From the NCBI GenBank assembly GCA_964016885.1, contig OZ024746.1, forward strand, positions 43,648,001-43,712,000: a DNA stretch of 64,000 nucleotides, written 5' to 3'. This document shows, piece by piece, positions 1-11,346 of this stretch. This DNA is from Eledone cirrhosa. Taxonomy: Eukaryota. Under the pieces are notes generated by a model, which did not search any database, was not told where the DNA came from, and was given only the letters and a program-made list of their open reading frames with translations. Each line of letters starts with the position of its first letter. Position 1 is the first letter of the stretch. The position numbers and the translations under genes are program-made.

Positions 1-2900
1 TGGTGCACAAAATATTAAATGATTCAAAAAAGTATTTTACCATCTTTCTACTATGTAAAATTTAATAAATTGCTTATATTAATATATCAAACTTTTGTGA
101 ACCTATTAAGAAATCGAGAATTTGATTATTTAAATTGTAGACACTTTCTATTAATAAAGAGAATTTCTTCATTAGAAAAATTTATGAAACATTTAAGTTC
201 ACAGCTAGGGACAGAGAAATCTTGAATGCTACCAGCATAGGCTGTACTGATTGAAGAAATAAATTATAATTAATATATTTAAATATCAAATGCAATTTAT
301 TGAAGTTTCTATGATGTGTTTTGCAACCACTCTATTGATATTTTTGTTTCTATTATACAATTTAATTCAGAAATCATAATTTAGATGTTCAATATATCTT
401 GAATATAAATAATGTTAATATCATAATTAAGGTAGAATTAACTGTTGGTCAGCTGAATGTTTCTGTAATTAAAGAGCTCTTTGTCAATATATACACTTAA
501 ATATTCAGGAAACTTTTATTCACAATGATTTTACCAGGAATTTTGTATTAAACAATATAACTTTATCGTTTGCTATAGATTTCCAAATAATTTCCATATT
601 AATTGTCTCATAAAATAGATTCTATTTTAGGTTCCATAACACACACACATATATTCTTAAAGATAGTAACTTGACAGAAATATAACTAAAAGTACTGAGT
701 GAGGAATAATGTTGTCTAGTCAGTTCAATATCAATTATTACAACAAACTATTCATTTGCATATAAATAGTATTTTCAAAAGTATTTATTACCAGTAGACT
801 AATGAGTCGGGCTATAGTTTCAAATATTACTTCACATTTTATAGTGTCATTGTATAAGACATACTATTTTGCATAAAGGGCTTCATTAGCATATGGGAAA
901 ATGTTGGAAACTATTCTTATATGTCAGAACAAAGAAGAAATGTTATGTTTATTACTTTTTAGTGCTATCCTTGGATATAAGATCAGAACTAAATGAGGTT
1001 GATGCAAATTATATTTTATTTCAATTATCATAGGTTAATGTGTGGGAGAGATACATGTTCTACAAGAGGTGGCCAGGGCAATTACTCCTTACCCCTTTGA
1101 GATAAGGAGTAAAACAATAATTATGAAACAAAATTAATTCTTCAAATGTGTTTAGATCTGAAAGGCACACGAGTTTAGTGTGAAAAATTGATATGATGGA
1201 GTTATATATTTACAGCAAAATATGGAATTGAAACAAATTGATTGTGAAACATGATTTTCATATGCTGCACATTGCTTCTTTTTCAAGTTGTATATGTTAA
1301 TGAATGTAGTGTTTGTACCATACCATCCCAGGTGTATGAATATGTGAAGTGCCTTCTAAGTTTAGATGTCAAGTTTTCACAATGCAATTTTGACTATGCT
1401 TGAGTATTTAGCATTTTCAAATTGTTATTGAAAATGTTTAAGATAACAAATCAGTGTCAGATTGTGAGTTTTGTGTTATTTAAGGTAAATTTAACTATTG
1501 TTATACAATATGTCTATCCACATACAACTAGACACCTCATATCAAACCCACACTGCCTCAGGGAACATTGAAAGTATTCTGCAATGAGGACATGTCTCTT
1601 TTAAGAGCAAAACAACTTAATCTGTGATGATCAAGGAAACAATGTTGGACATGATTCACTCTTGTCTTGGACACCGTATAAGTCTTTATAAATGTTAGAT
1701 CTTAAAATATCTGATAATCTTTCTGGATGATCCCACATACATAACAGCAACATATGCATTACAAAGTCTTGTCTTCTGTTTCAGAGTCAGACAGTACTTC
1801 AGTTCTGATCACTTGCTGATTGTCTACAAATTTCAAGTAAGACTCAGAAGGAAATACTACTTCCACATTTGTGTTGGTTTTGCTGTCACACACATGAATA
1901 TCTTAGACTACATCTAACAGAAGGCTACATGACTATTTAAGTTTCAGTCCTTAACACACTACAACCTCTGTTCTTCTGAAGTAGATAGCTGTAGATATCC
2001 TTCCCCAAGCACACCTGACATGCCTACCCATGCTCATTTATCAACCATACTACCTTTTACCTCTCAGTTCGCTTACTAACTACAAAAGCCAATCTTTTCT
2101 TAAACATCAGACTTCTGGAATTACTTCCCCACGTATGCTCTTTTCTACAGACATCACCTTACAAATGTTCAAACTGAATATCAAACATTCAATGCAAAAC
2201 TGAACCGAATGGGGATTACTCCAGATCTATTTTAATGTTTGAGTGTTTGCTTGTAATTCTTGAGTGAAAAAGAAAAAAAAGTTTTAAAAAGCTGAAGTAT
2301 TTAGCAATCATATAAACTGTAGATAGTTATGCATGAAATCAGAAAATTCAAATAAGTACCCACTGTGAATTCTATATTTTGCTCATTTTGATATCTGACT
2401 TTCATATTATTTCCTATAATTCTTGAAAAGACTAGTCTGCACATAAATGAGTATATTAATACTTTAATATTTTGCATTGTTCAAATCTTGATGTGAGAAT
2501 TAATGAAATTCTTTTATTTGACACATTTAGTAACTCTACATCAGTACCAGCTCTTATGAAGATTTCACTAGGAAGAACCACTTCACATAGTTTCAGCACA
2601 TACATTTCAACTATATTATATAATAAATACGCTCCTTATCAAAATGACATCAAAAGAACTCTTGCTGACTGGGAAATCAGTTAGTTAATGTGCTACTAGT
2701 TAATGTTAGTCTAACCACATTATATTCTCTCATTTCACTCGAGTGTCTTTCTCTGTTCTCTATTGTAAACTACATTTCAATGAATTAAGACCTCTAGTGT
2801 TTAATCCAAATTGTTTGCAAATGAAGTTTATCAGGTCTCAACTAACATAACCATAGCAACCAGCAGCTAGGTGGTAATATTCTGAACTAAAACTACTTAC

Positions 2901-2966
2901 CAATCGAGTATTCATACTATTTGTAATTTTGGTTCTATCTGCCTCCAGTATTCTTTTGGCATGGTA
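2901..2966 (-). CDS. Internal coding exon (66 nt, phase 0/0) of an unidentified host gene: YHAKRILEADRTKITNSMNTRL
   Basis: On the minus strand: acceptor ...aatctttacag, an open 22-codon frame, then a perfect GTAAGT donor (acttac at 2895-2900 on +). Phase-compatible with the exon at 33083-33241. Confidence 0.6.
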
Positions 2967-3244
2967 CTGTAAAGATTACAGCTCAGACATGATTATTTCA
3001 CATTACTAAAATTGGATATTGTCGAATTATTTTAATTAGAACATGTCTGAGAGGTTGTAAATAAAGACAAGTCTGACACCTTCGATAATAGATTGGACAA
3101 CTTATTTGTTTATTAATGCAATTATTTTCTTGTTTCAACCAAATTTTGATCAAAACAGAACTATGTATTTAGATTTTGTAAATAAAAATTATTATCATGG
3201 TGGTAGGTAATGCTAAATAGTTTTGCATATTGAATGGGAAAATG

Positions 3245-3830
3245 ATGATTGATGCTGGAGATCGTTTCATCCACTTATTCTTGGGAGGGTCATAGGGACA
3301 ACAGAGTCCTTAAGCACGCCTTCCAGTGCATCTTGTCAGAGGCAACTGTCTCTAGTTGATCCAGCTGTATCCCCAAGCAAGACCAGCCAAGCTCATGAAT
3401 GTTATCAACCATCTTGCTTGGATTCTACCCCTGGGTCTCCTGCTGGTTGTTTTTTGCCCATACAATCTGTCCATGGATTCTTTCTTGAGATATTTTAGCT
3501 ACATGTCTGTAATATAAGACCTGTGATCTCTCAATTCAGAGAAATAGTGGCTCTACCTGAAGTGACTCTTTGATCCTTGAACTATGCACTCTATTGAGTA
3601 ACATTACTCCAAAGACTCTTTGGAGGAAACCCATTTCAGCCACTTATATTTGTGATCATATTCTTTCAGTCATTACCCAAAATTTGTAACTATAGGTAAG
3701 GGTTGGCACAAATTCCGAATTGAAGATAGGGCATTTGGCTTTTCCAACTACCTTCCTTCTTATGACAGCTGAATGCTGAAGCTGGCACATTACTGCACCA
3801 GCTCCTGCAATTCTTGATGCTGGAGTTGAA
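3245..3830 (-). mobile_element. Degraded 3' fragment of an RTE-type LINE (same family as 20190-21100 and 5415-5670)
   Basis: Reverse complement resembles 20520-21090 (RT C-terminal region, caggaataagtgg tail); many substitutions. Confidence 0.75.
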
Positions 3831-5071
3831 TATTAAATATTCCATGTCTCTACTTTATATCTTGTATTTTATATCTTGTATTTTATTGTGTCTATATTTC
3901 CTGTGTATAAATATGCTCTATCTTTGTGAAATTTTATTAATAAATCAACAGCAATCCCCTCTCTTTCTTTCTCTATCTATCTATCTATCTATCTACCTAC
4001 CTACCTATCTATATATATAGGGACTGACCAACCTAGAGTTGGGTTACATTTCAGCAACTGACCTTTGAGAAATAACATTTATATCATATGCAGTTATGAT
4101 TATAAATATAGATGTAAATAAAAATGCAATATAGTGATGCACAAAAGTATTTGCCTATCAAAATTGTTTTTACTCATAAGTTTCTTTCTTTTTTTCTTTT
4201 TTAGCAACTCTACAGCAAAAATAAATTTAGGGATAAAAATACATCATTTGATAAACCTAATTATTTACTTTTTACAAAGAATCTTAAAAGACAAGATTTC
4301 ATGATATAATAAAGTTGGTTTGGAATTTGAAACATAAAATGTTCAGCAGCATTTTTCAAGCTTGTATGCTGATTCTATACTTAATAACATGATATTTAAA
4401 GCAAGTATTAAAACTTACATTTAATTGCATCTCAATTTTACGTAATTCACAACAGTGTTTATTGAAATAAAAATATATATCTGAAATATATTTTAGATTC
4501 AAACACCTACCAAATAGAAGAGAGATTTTAGACTTTAATTAGGATTAACTACTCTTCATAATTATATCATTATATCTCTTCAGGGAACATATGATTATCT
4601 AAAACAATATGCTAACATACTCCAGTTTTGACATATTTCAATATACTTCTTCCTCTAATTTTTTTCAAACAAAACCATCTGTTTTGACACACCTCTCTTT
4701 GTTTCTTTTTTTCTAATCATTCACATTGTCACTCACATCCTACAATACTCTATTAAGATCTTCTTTTCATGAAATATTGTTTTCTGTAATATGTTATTTC
4801 CTCTTCTATTATCTCGCATATTAATCTAAAATTCATATAAAATATATATAAATATATCCTTCCCACATCAACAAGTAAACCTAAAAAAAGAATTTGAAAT
4901 ACACAATTAAACAACTATTTCATGTGTTTTAAAATAAAATTAATAAAATAATATTAATTATTGTGAAATAAACAATATTTTCTTCTTGTGTATTAAAAGA
5001 AAACGTGAAAAACTGGAGAAATATTTTTGTAAACTGTTTAAAATATTAAAGAATATCATTATATTCAAATA

Positions 5072-5238
5072 TAGAGGGTCGGACGCCATGCTTTCCAGCA
5101 TAGTTACGTCCCTTTATGATCTGAGTTCAAATCCCGCCGAGGTTGACTTTGCCTTTCATCCTTATGGGGTCGATAAAATAAAGTACCAGTAATGCACTGG
5201 GTAATTGCTGGCCTTGTGACTAAAGTAGAGACAATTAT
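5072..5238 (+). mobile_element. tRNA-derived SINE (family A), 5'-truncated, with 16-bp TSD
   Basis: B-box-like gagttcaaatccc and conserved body gcctttcatccttatggggtcgataaaataaagtaccagt. TSD attatattcaaatata at 5058-5073 and 5234-5249. Confidence 0.9.
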
Positions 5239-5414
5239 ATTCAAATATAATAAAAACATTAATGGCAATATTTGCAATGACCTCAATGACACTTTTTATT
5301 TGAAATTTCATTGAAAGTAATTTATATTGCAATGTTTTAATCATTCTTTGAAATGATTCTTTAATGCTTATTGGTATTATTTAGGAACAATTCCTTTTAA
5401 ACCGTTGCTGCTGC

Positions 5415-5670
5415 TTCATCTTCACCTGCTTCTTTACCCACTTATTCCTGACAGGGTCATGGGGGCAGAGTACTCAAACACACCTTCCAGTGGGTCCTGT
5501 CAGAAGCAACCATCTCCAACTGATCTGGCTGGATCCCCAAGCAAGATCAGCCAAGGTCATGGATGTTAGACAACCATCTTGCTTGGGTTTGACCCTTGGA
5601 TCTCCTACTAGTTGGTTTTTCCTGTAAAATCTGTCCAGTGATTCTTTCCTGAGAAATTTTAACCACATGC
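5415..5670 (-). mobile_element. RTE-type LINE 3' end fragment
   Basis: Reverse complement matches 20860-21090 (KESLDRFY... and the caggaataagtggg tail). Confidence 0.75.
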
Positions 5671-5924
5671 CCTTTCAAGCGCCTGTTTATAAAATTATTA
5701 TTTTTTAGATATTTGTTTTAAATACCCTTGAGATACCATTTTCTAACTGATAAATTTCCTTCATTCATTTAAATTGTTTGAACAAGTACCTGCAGTTATT
5801 TTATCCCCGACATGTATTAATTCCTTTATTTATAATAGCAAGCAATTCATCTGTAATCCTTTAAGATGCCTGAAACAGTACCTGGCTCTATGATACAAAG
5901 TTGTTTATTTTAAAGTGTTTATCC

Positions 5925-7750
5925 TCATCATTGTGGTTTTAACATCCACTTTCACTGTTAACGAAGATTGGACAGGTTCATATAGACCAAGTCCATACTG
6001 AAGCAGGGCCACTGATATCCCAGGCAAGCGAGGGATCTATGTGCGCTTATGTAAGATCTCACATTCCATCGAGTGCTCAGGAGAGGTTGTAATGCCCTTG
6101 ACACAACTGACGGTCCTCCCAATCCATTATTTAGCAAGATTTCTATGGTTGGATGCCTTTCCTACCATAAACCTCTTTACAGTGTGTACTGGGTGCCTTT
6201 ATCATGTAAATCACCAACACAAGGAAGGTTATCATGTCCTATGACACGACTGAAGAGTCCTTGCAACCATTTGTCTGTTTGCTTGGCAAGCTCTCCATGG
6301 CTGGAATCTTTTCCTATCACCAATCTCTTTTCAGGAATGTGGGGGGAGGTAGTATTGAAGTTGCAAATAACTGTTAGGGAGTGCTAGTGGAAGGCGGGGT
6401 GTGTGTGGGGGGGGGGGCGTAGATCAGGTCACATTGTAAGGTGCAGGTTGGATCTTCTTCAGCATGGCATAGTACCAGCCCTCACAGTATTTAGTCATTT
6501 CTGTAAGGTTTAGCTTTCTAAGGATAGTTCTTACAACCTCATACCATGTCTTCCTGGATCTGCCTCTTCCATGGGTTCCAGGCACTGGGGTTTCTCTGCA
6601 TTTCATAATGTGGCTGCCATCTTCCATGTGTTATCACATGGCCATACAAATGCAGACATCTCTCTTGCACACTACAACCAATTCCTCTTAAGCCAACTTT
6701 TCCCTCAGTTTACTCATGCTATGTCATTCATCCACACTAATATTGCACATCTATCGGAGTATATTTGATCAATTTCTTTCTAGCCTCCACAGGTCTTCTG
6801 TGGTTAAGGCCATGTTTCACTGCCATGTAACATTGTGGTTCACACACAGGCATCATACAGCCTACCCTTCACTCTGAGAGAAAAGCATTTTGTTGTTAGC
6901 AGTGGTAATAGATCTCTAAACTTCTTCCAGCCTGTTCTTATCCTAGCTATCACACTTTCCCCACCACTAATTTGATTGCCTAGGTAGCAAAAGCTATCCA
7001 CAAGTTCTAAAGAGCTCCCTTGATAGCTGATGGAATCTATTTTGTGTGTTTACTTCCCCTGAGCATCTGCCATGTATAATGTCTATCTTTTCTGTTAGCC
7101 TACCTGCAATCCCACTACATCTCTTGTGTGTCCATACTTGATATTGTGTGCACCTTATGGAATTTCTGCCCACACCTTTCTAACATATTGCGCACAGCCA
7201 CTTTCCTGTCTTCTTTTATACTTATTTCGACTTTCATCTTCGCTATATTTACTTTTAAGACTTTCAGCTCTAGGTTTGTCTTCCATGCTTTAAATTTTGC
7301 TTATAACTCTCCTATGGATTCAGCTATGAGGACTAGGTCATCAGCATATAGGAGCTCCCATGGAGTCCCAGTTTTAAACGCCTCAGTGATGGCCTGAAGT
7401 ACAATGATAAATAGAAGTGGACTGAGGACTCATCCCTGGTGGAATCCCACCTGCACTTCAAATTCATCACTGTACTCATTGTCAACTCTCACTCTATTCA
7501 TGGCCTGCATGGCCATCACAAGCCATTTGTCTACACCTAGCTTCAAAGTGCCCACCAGATTATAAAGTGTGGGACCTTGTCAAAGGCTTTCTCTAGATCT
7601 ACAAATCCTAGGTATGGTGGCTGACTCTTAACTAAGTACTACTACTGTAGTTATCTTACCAGAAAGAAGTCATCAGTAGAACCCCTACCTGGTGTAAATC
7701 CATACAGCATCTCATCTAACATGATTCTACCCCTGATTAGTTGTACTAAC
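5925..7750 (-). mobile_element. Degraded RTE-clade LINE (RT domain, C-terminus and 3' UTR)
   Basis: Minus strand gives VGFHQG-like and LLYADDLV motifs (about 7330-7450) and a C-terminal GRGRSRKTW (ORF 6424-6627). The 3' UTR is similar to 36162-36460. Multiple stops and frameshifts. Confidence 0.85.
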
Positions 7751-7847
7751 TTTACATCATAGTTTTATGTAAAAACTTTATGTTCTGTTCCAAACAGTAG
7801 CTTAGACATGGGAAATTGAGTTATATTATTAAATTCTTGAGTTATAT

Positions 7848-7960
7848 TATCAAATCCCGCCGAGGTTAACTTTGCCTTTCATCCTTATGGGGTTGATAAA
7901 ATAAAGTACCAGTAATACACTGGGTAATTGCTGGCCTTGTGCCAAAACTAGAAACAATTA
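7848..7960 (+). mobile_element. SINE family A, 5'-truncated, with 16-bp TSD
   Basis: Matches the 5072 and 39560 copies. TSD attattaaattcttga at 7825-7840 and 7957-7972. Confidence 0.9.
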
Positions 7961-8597
7961 TTAAATTCTTGATTATTTCCGAAATGACACAAAAACATAA
8001 GCACTTTCTTTTATTAGAAATATAGTAATGTATGATTAATCAGTGTTTGTTCATATTTCAACTCTTCTAAATCTATTTTCTCTACCTAATATATAAATAC
8101 TTACATTTTCTTTTCACTTTTTCTTTTTTCTTTTCATAATTTAGTCAGAGAAGGAAGGACAGTGTCCACGACTCTTAGCAGGGCCTCTAACTTTAATAAG
8201 AGGAAGGAGGAAGTTATTCTTAAACAGGAAATCCAATCCAAATGCTTCCACCAGAGTATACTAGTCTAAAGTTACTCAAGAATCAGATTGATGGATTATG
8301 TCTACAATATATACACAGCAAATACTATGTATGATTAATTAATGTGTTGCAAAATAATTTCTTCTTTATGTCCTTTGTTTGTATCTTATAAAAGTACCAA
8401 TTTAGAGATAAAAATTATTTAACACTATAACTTTCAACATTTGTTTCAATCTTTTCTTGAAGTATACAGCAATAAAATTAGTTACATGGAATATAAAATA
8501 ATTAAAGAGTTGCATTATAAATCTGTGTTATAAATATAGCAAACATATGATTTTGATTGCTAATATATATACACTTATACACTATATATATATATAT

Positions 8598-9702
8598 AAA
8601 AGTTTGTCCTTCATCAGTGATCAACCATCATAGGCATTTCATTGCTTTAAAGACCATATACTTCCGGTTGGTGCGAGCAACGGCTAAAAAAAGTCGTTGG
8701 GACACGTAAATAAAGGGGACGCGAGGGTAAACAAACAAAATGGTGAAGCAACAGAAAGTGAAGAAGAAAGAGACAAGTCCCAGATTTCTATGAATTTAAG
8801 TTCGGTGAAATCGTGAATGAGAGAATAAAGACCATCAAACCTGGTTGAAATGTGAGCAAGGAAGGAATTTCGCATAGGTCTAACGGGAGGAAGAAGGGGT
8901 CTGGTCTGCGAATTCGGTAAACATAAGTTCTGTGAAATCGTAGACGAGAGAGAAAAAATTCCGACCAGCTTGGCCGAGAATGTGAGAGAAAAGAATTACT
9001 CACAGGTCAAACAGGAAGAAAGAGGAGGAGGAGAGGTAGTGACAGAGAATGAGTGAGTGAAGGGTGAGGAAGAGGCAGCGCCCTTATTATCATATTTACA
9101 CATATTTTTTCCTCTGCTGCTACACCGTCTTTTTCGTTCTATGTATCTTTACCCTTTCTAGCGGTCTCTCTCTCTGTTAGCGTCTTCCTCACCCTTCACT
9201 CACTCATTCTCTGGCACTACCTCTCCTCCTCCTCTTTCTTCCCGTTTGACCTGTGAGTAATTCTTTTCTCTCACATTCTCGGCCAAGCTGGTCGGAATTT
9301 TTTCTCCCTCGTCTACGATTTCACAGAACTTATGTTTACCGAATTCGCAGACCAGACCCCTTCTTCCTCCCGTTAGACCTGTGCGAAATTCCTTCCTTGC
9401 TCACATTTCAACCAGGTTTGATGGTCTTTATTCTCTCGTTCACGATTTCACCGAACTTAAATTCATAGAAATCTGGGACTTGTCTCTTTCTTCCTCACTT
9501 TCTGTTGCTTCAACATTTTGTTTGTTTACCCTCGCGTCCCCTTTATTTACGTGTCCCAACGACTTTTTTTAGCCGTTGCTCGCACCAACCGGAGGTATAT
9601 GGTCTTTAAAGCGATGAAATGCCTATGATGGTTGGAAGATCACTGATGAAGGACAAACTTTTTTCATATGTAACCCATTTGCAACTCCGCAGCACCCTTA
9701 TT

Positions 9703-9709
<7 letters not shown>
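8598..9709. repeat. Fold-back insert: about 476-bp inverted arms (8598-9073 / 9183-9662) plus a 21-bp terminal direct repeat (9075-9095 / 9689-9709), flanked by (TA)n
   Basis: The arms are near-identical reverse complements (mirrored ORFs 8788-9003/9253-9468 and 8684-8875/9381-9572; one 4-bp indel). gcagc(g/a)cccttattatcatat repeats at a 614-bp spacing. Confidence 0.95.
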
Positions 9710-9752
<43 letters not shown>

Positions 9753-10023
9753 TTGTTGCATATATATATATGCAAATAAATGCAGATGGTAGATGCTGTA
9801 TGCTCTCTTGCTGCATTAAATGTGGCCGAAACTCAAGTATGGCTATAGATTTATGGTACCCGTTTACGTGTGTTGTATTGAAACAATTAAATTTGTGTCT
9901 ACTCTGGGATATTTACATAACCTTACCCATTGAGTATGCTGAGATGCAACCGGCACTAGGAGGGAAACTTCTGCTACTCCTATCAACTTCTTTATGTATA
10001 TGTATATATATATATATATATAT

Positions 10024-10920
10024 ATACAAGTTAATATAAATTAATATATGATAAACACCTAAGTGTTTGTATTGTAAAAGACGAAGTTAGCTAGAATGAA
10101 ATAAATTAATTCAAATAAATATAGCCTGCCTGTATCGATTTAAAATAATAAATCAATATACACAAACTCATATTGGCAAATAGCCCTGGTACCTGGACAA
10201 ATTTAAATTTCAAAATTCAAACCTTTTCCGCAGATCAATCTGAACTTCAAAATCCAAACAAGTTTCGCCAACGATGGTATAAAAAGTGAAATACTCAATC
10301 TTCTGTGCTTATCAACAGGTACCCAGAAAAATTAGGTTACTTCACCTCGAAAAAATTTTGAAGGTCTGGTTTACGAACACAAAACGCACGAGGTTTTGCA
10401 CTCGGTTTTTCCAACTCTCTAGCTATCTCATATTCATGGCGCTAGAAATAACAGCCGTTTATATGGGATTAAAAATTACCTCTACCGAAAGAGCAGTAAT
10501 ATGTGTTTATCATATATTAATTTATATTAACTTGTATTTCACGGCTCAGAAATGCTTCTTTCTTTGAGCTAATTAATTGTAAATGACTCTAAATATAATA
10601 TGATATTACTGCTCCTTCGGTAGAGCTAATTTTCAGTTCAGATTGATCTGCGGAAAAGGTTTGAATTTTGAAATTTAAATTTGTCCAGGTACCACGGCTA
10701 TTTGCCAATATGAGTTCGTGTATATTGATTTATTATTTTAAATCGATACAGGCAGGCTATATTTATTTGAATTAATTTATTTCATTTTAGCTAACTTCGT
10801 CTTTTACAATACAAACACTTAGGTGTTTATCATATATTAATTTATATTAACTTGTATTTCACGGCTCAGAAATGCTTCTTTCTTTGAGCTAATTAATTGT
10901 AAATGACTCTAAATATAATA

Positions 10921-10926
<6 letters not shown>
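10024..10926. repeat. Second fold-back insert: 223-bp inverted arms (10024-10246 / 10635-10857), 31-bp inner inverted repeat (10472-10502 / 10603-10633) and 104-bp direct repeat (10503-10606 / 10823-10926), flanked by (TA)n
   Basis: Read directly from the sequence; only a few mismatches between copies. Confidence 0.95.
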
Positions 10927-10955
<29 letters not shown>

Positions 10956-10957
<2 letters not shown>

Positions 10958-11340
10958 ACATCCAGGCCGAAACAAATGAGATCGTGTAGGTGTCACGACA
11001 AAAAACACACAGTCCACACTGTAATGTGGCCGTGTAGGCAACACGGTAAAAACCTGCCAGCGCCACACTGTCAATGTGGTTGGTGTTAGGAAGAGCATCC
11101 AGCTGTAGAAAACCCGCCAGACAGTCCACGCTGTAATGTGGCCGTGTAGGCAACACGGTAAAAACCTCCCAGCCCCACACTGTAAATGTGGTTGGTGTTA
11201 GGAAGGGCATCCAGCTGTAGAAAACCCGCCAGACAGTCCTATGCGAGCAAGACAATCACTCTTGCCTCAAGTGGGAAAACCCCCGTCCAAACCCATGCAA
11301 GCGTGGAACACGGACGTTAAACGATGATGATGATGATGAT
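10956..11340 (+). mobile_element. 3' UTR of an RTE-type LINE (or a derived SINE) with an internal 112-bp tandem duplication and a (GAT)n tail
   Basis: Matches the reverse complement of 36162-36460 and ends ...gacgttaaacgatgatgatg. Duplication period 112 bp (acagtcc at 11009, 11121, 11233). Confidence 0.85.
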
Positions 11341-11346
11341 ATATAT

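Noticed and set aside
8684-9572. Duplicated 71-aa and 63-aa ORFs on opposite strands as a gene pair or toxin-antitoxin module
   Set aside because: They simply mirror the inverted repeat, have no recognisable domain, and at least three of the four start at GTG, which is atypical for a eukaryote.
11009-11239. CRISPR-like repeat array
   Set aside because: It is a plain tandem duplication with no unique spacers, no cas genes, and a eukaryotic context.
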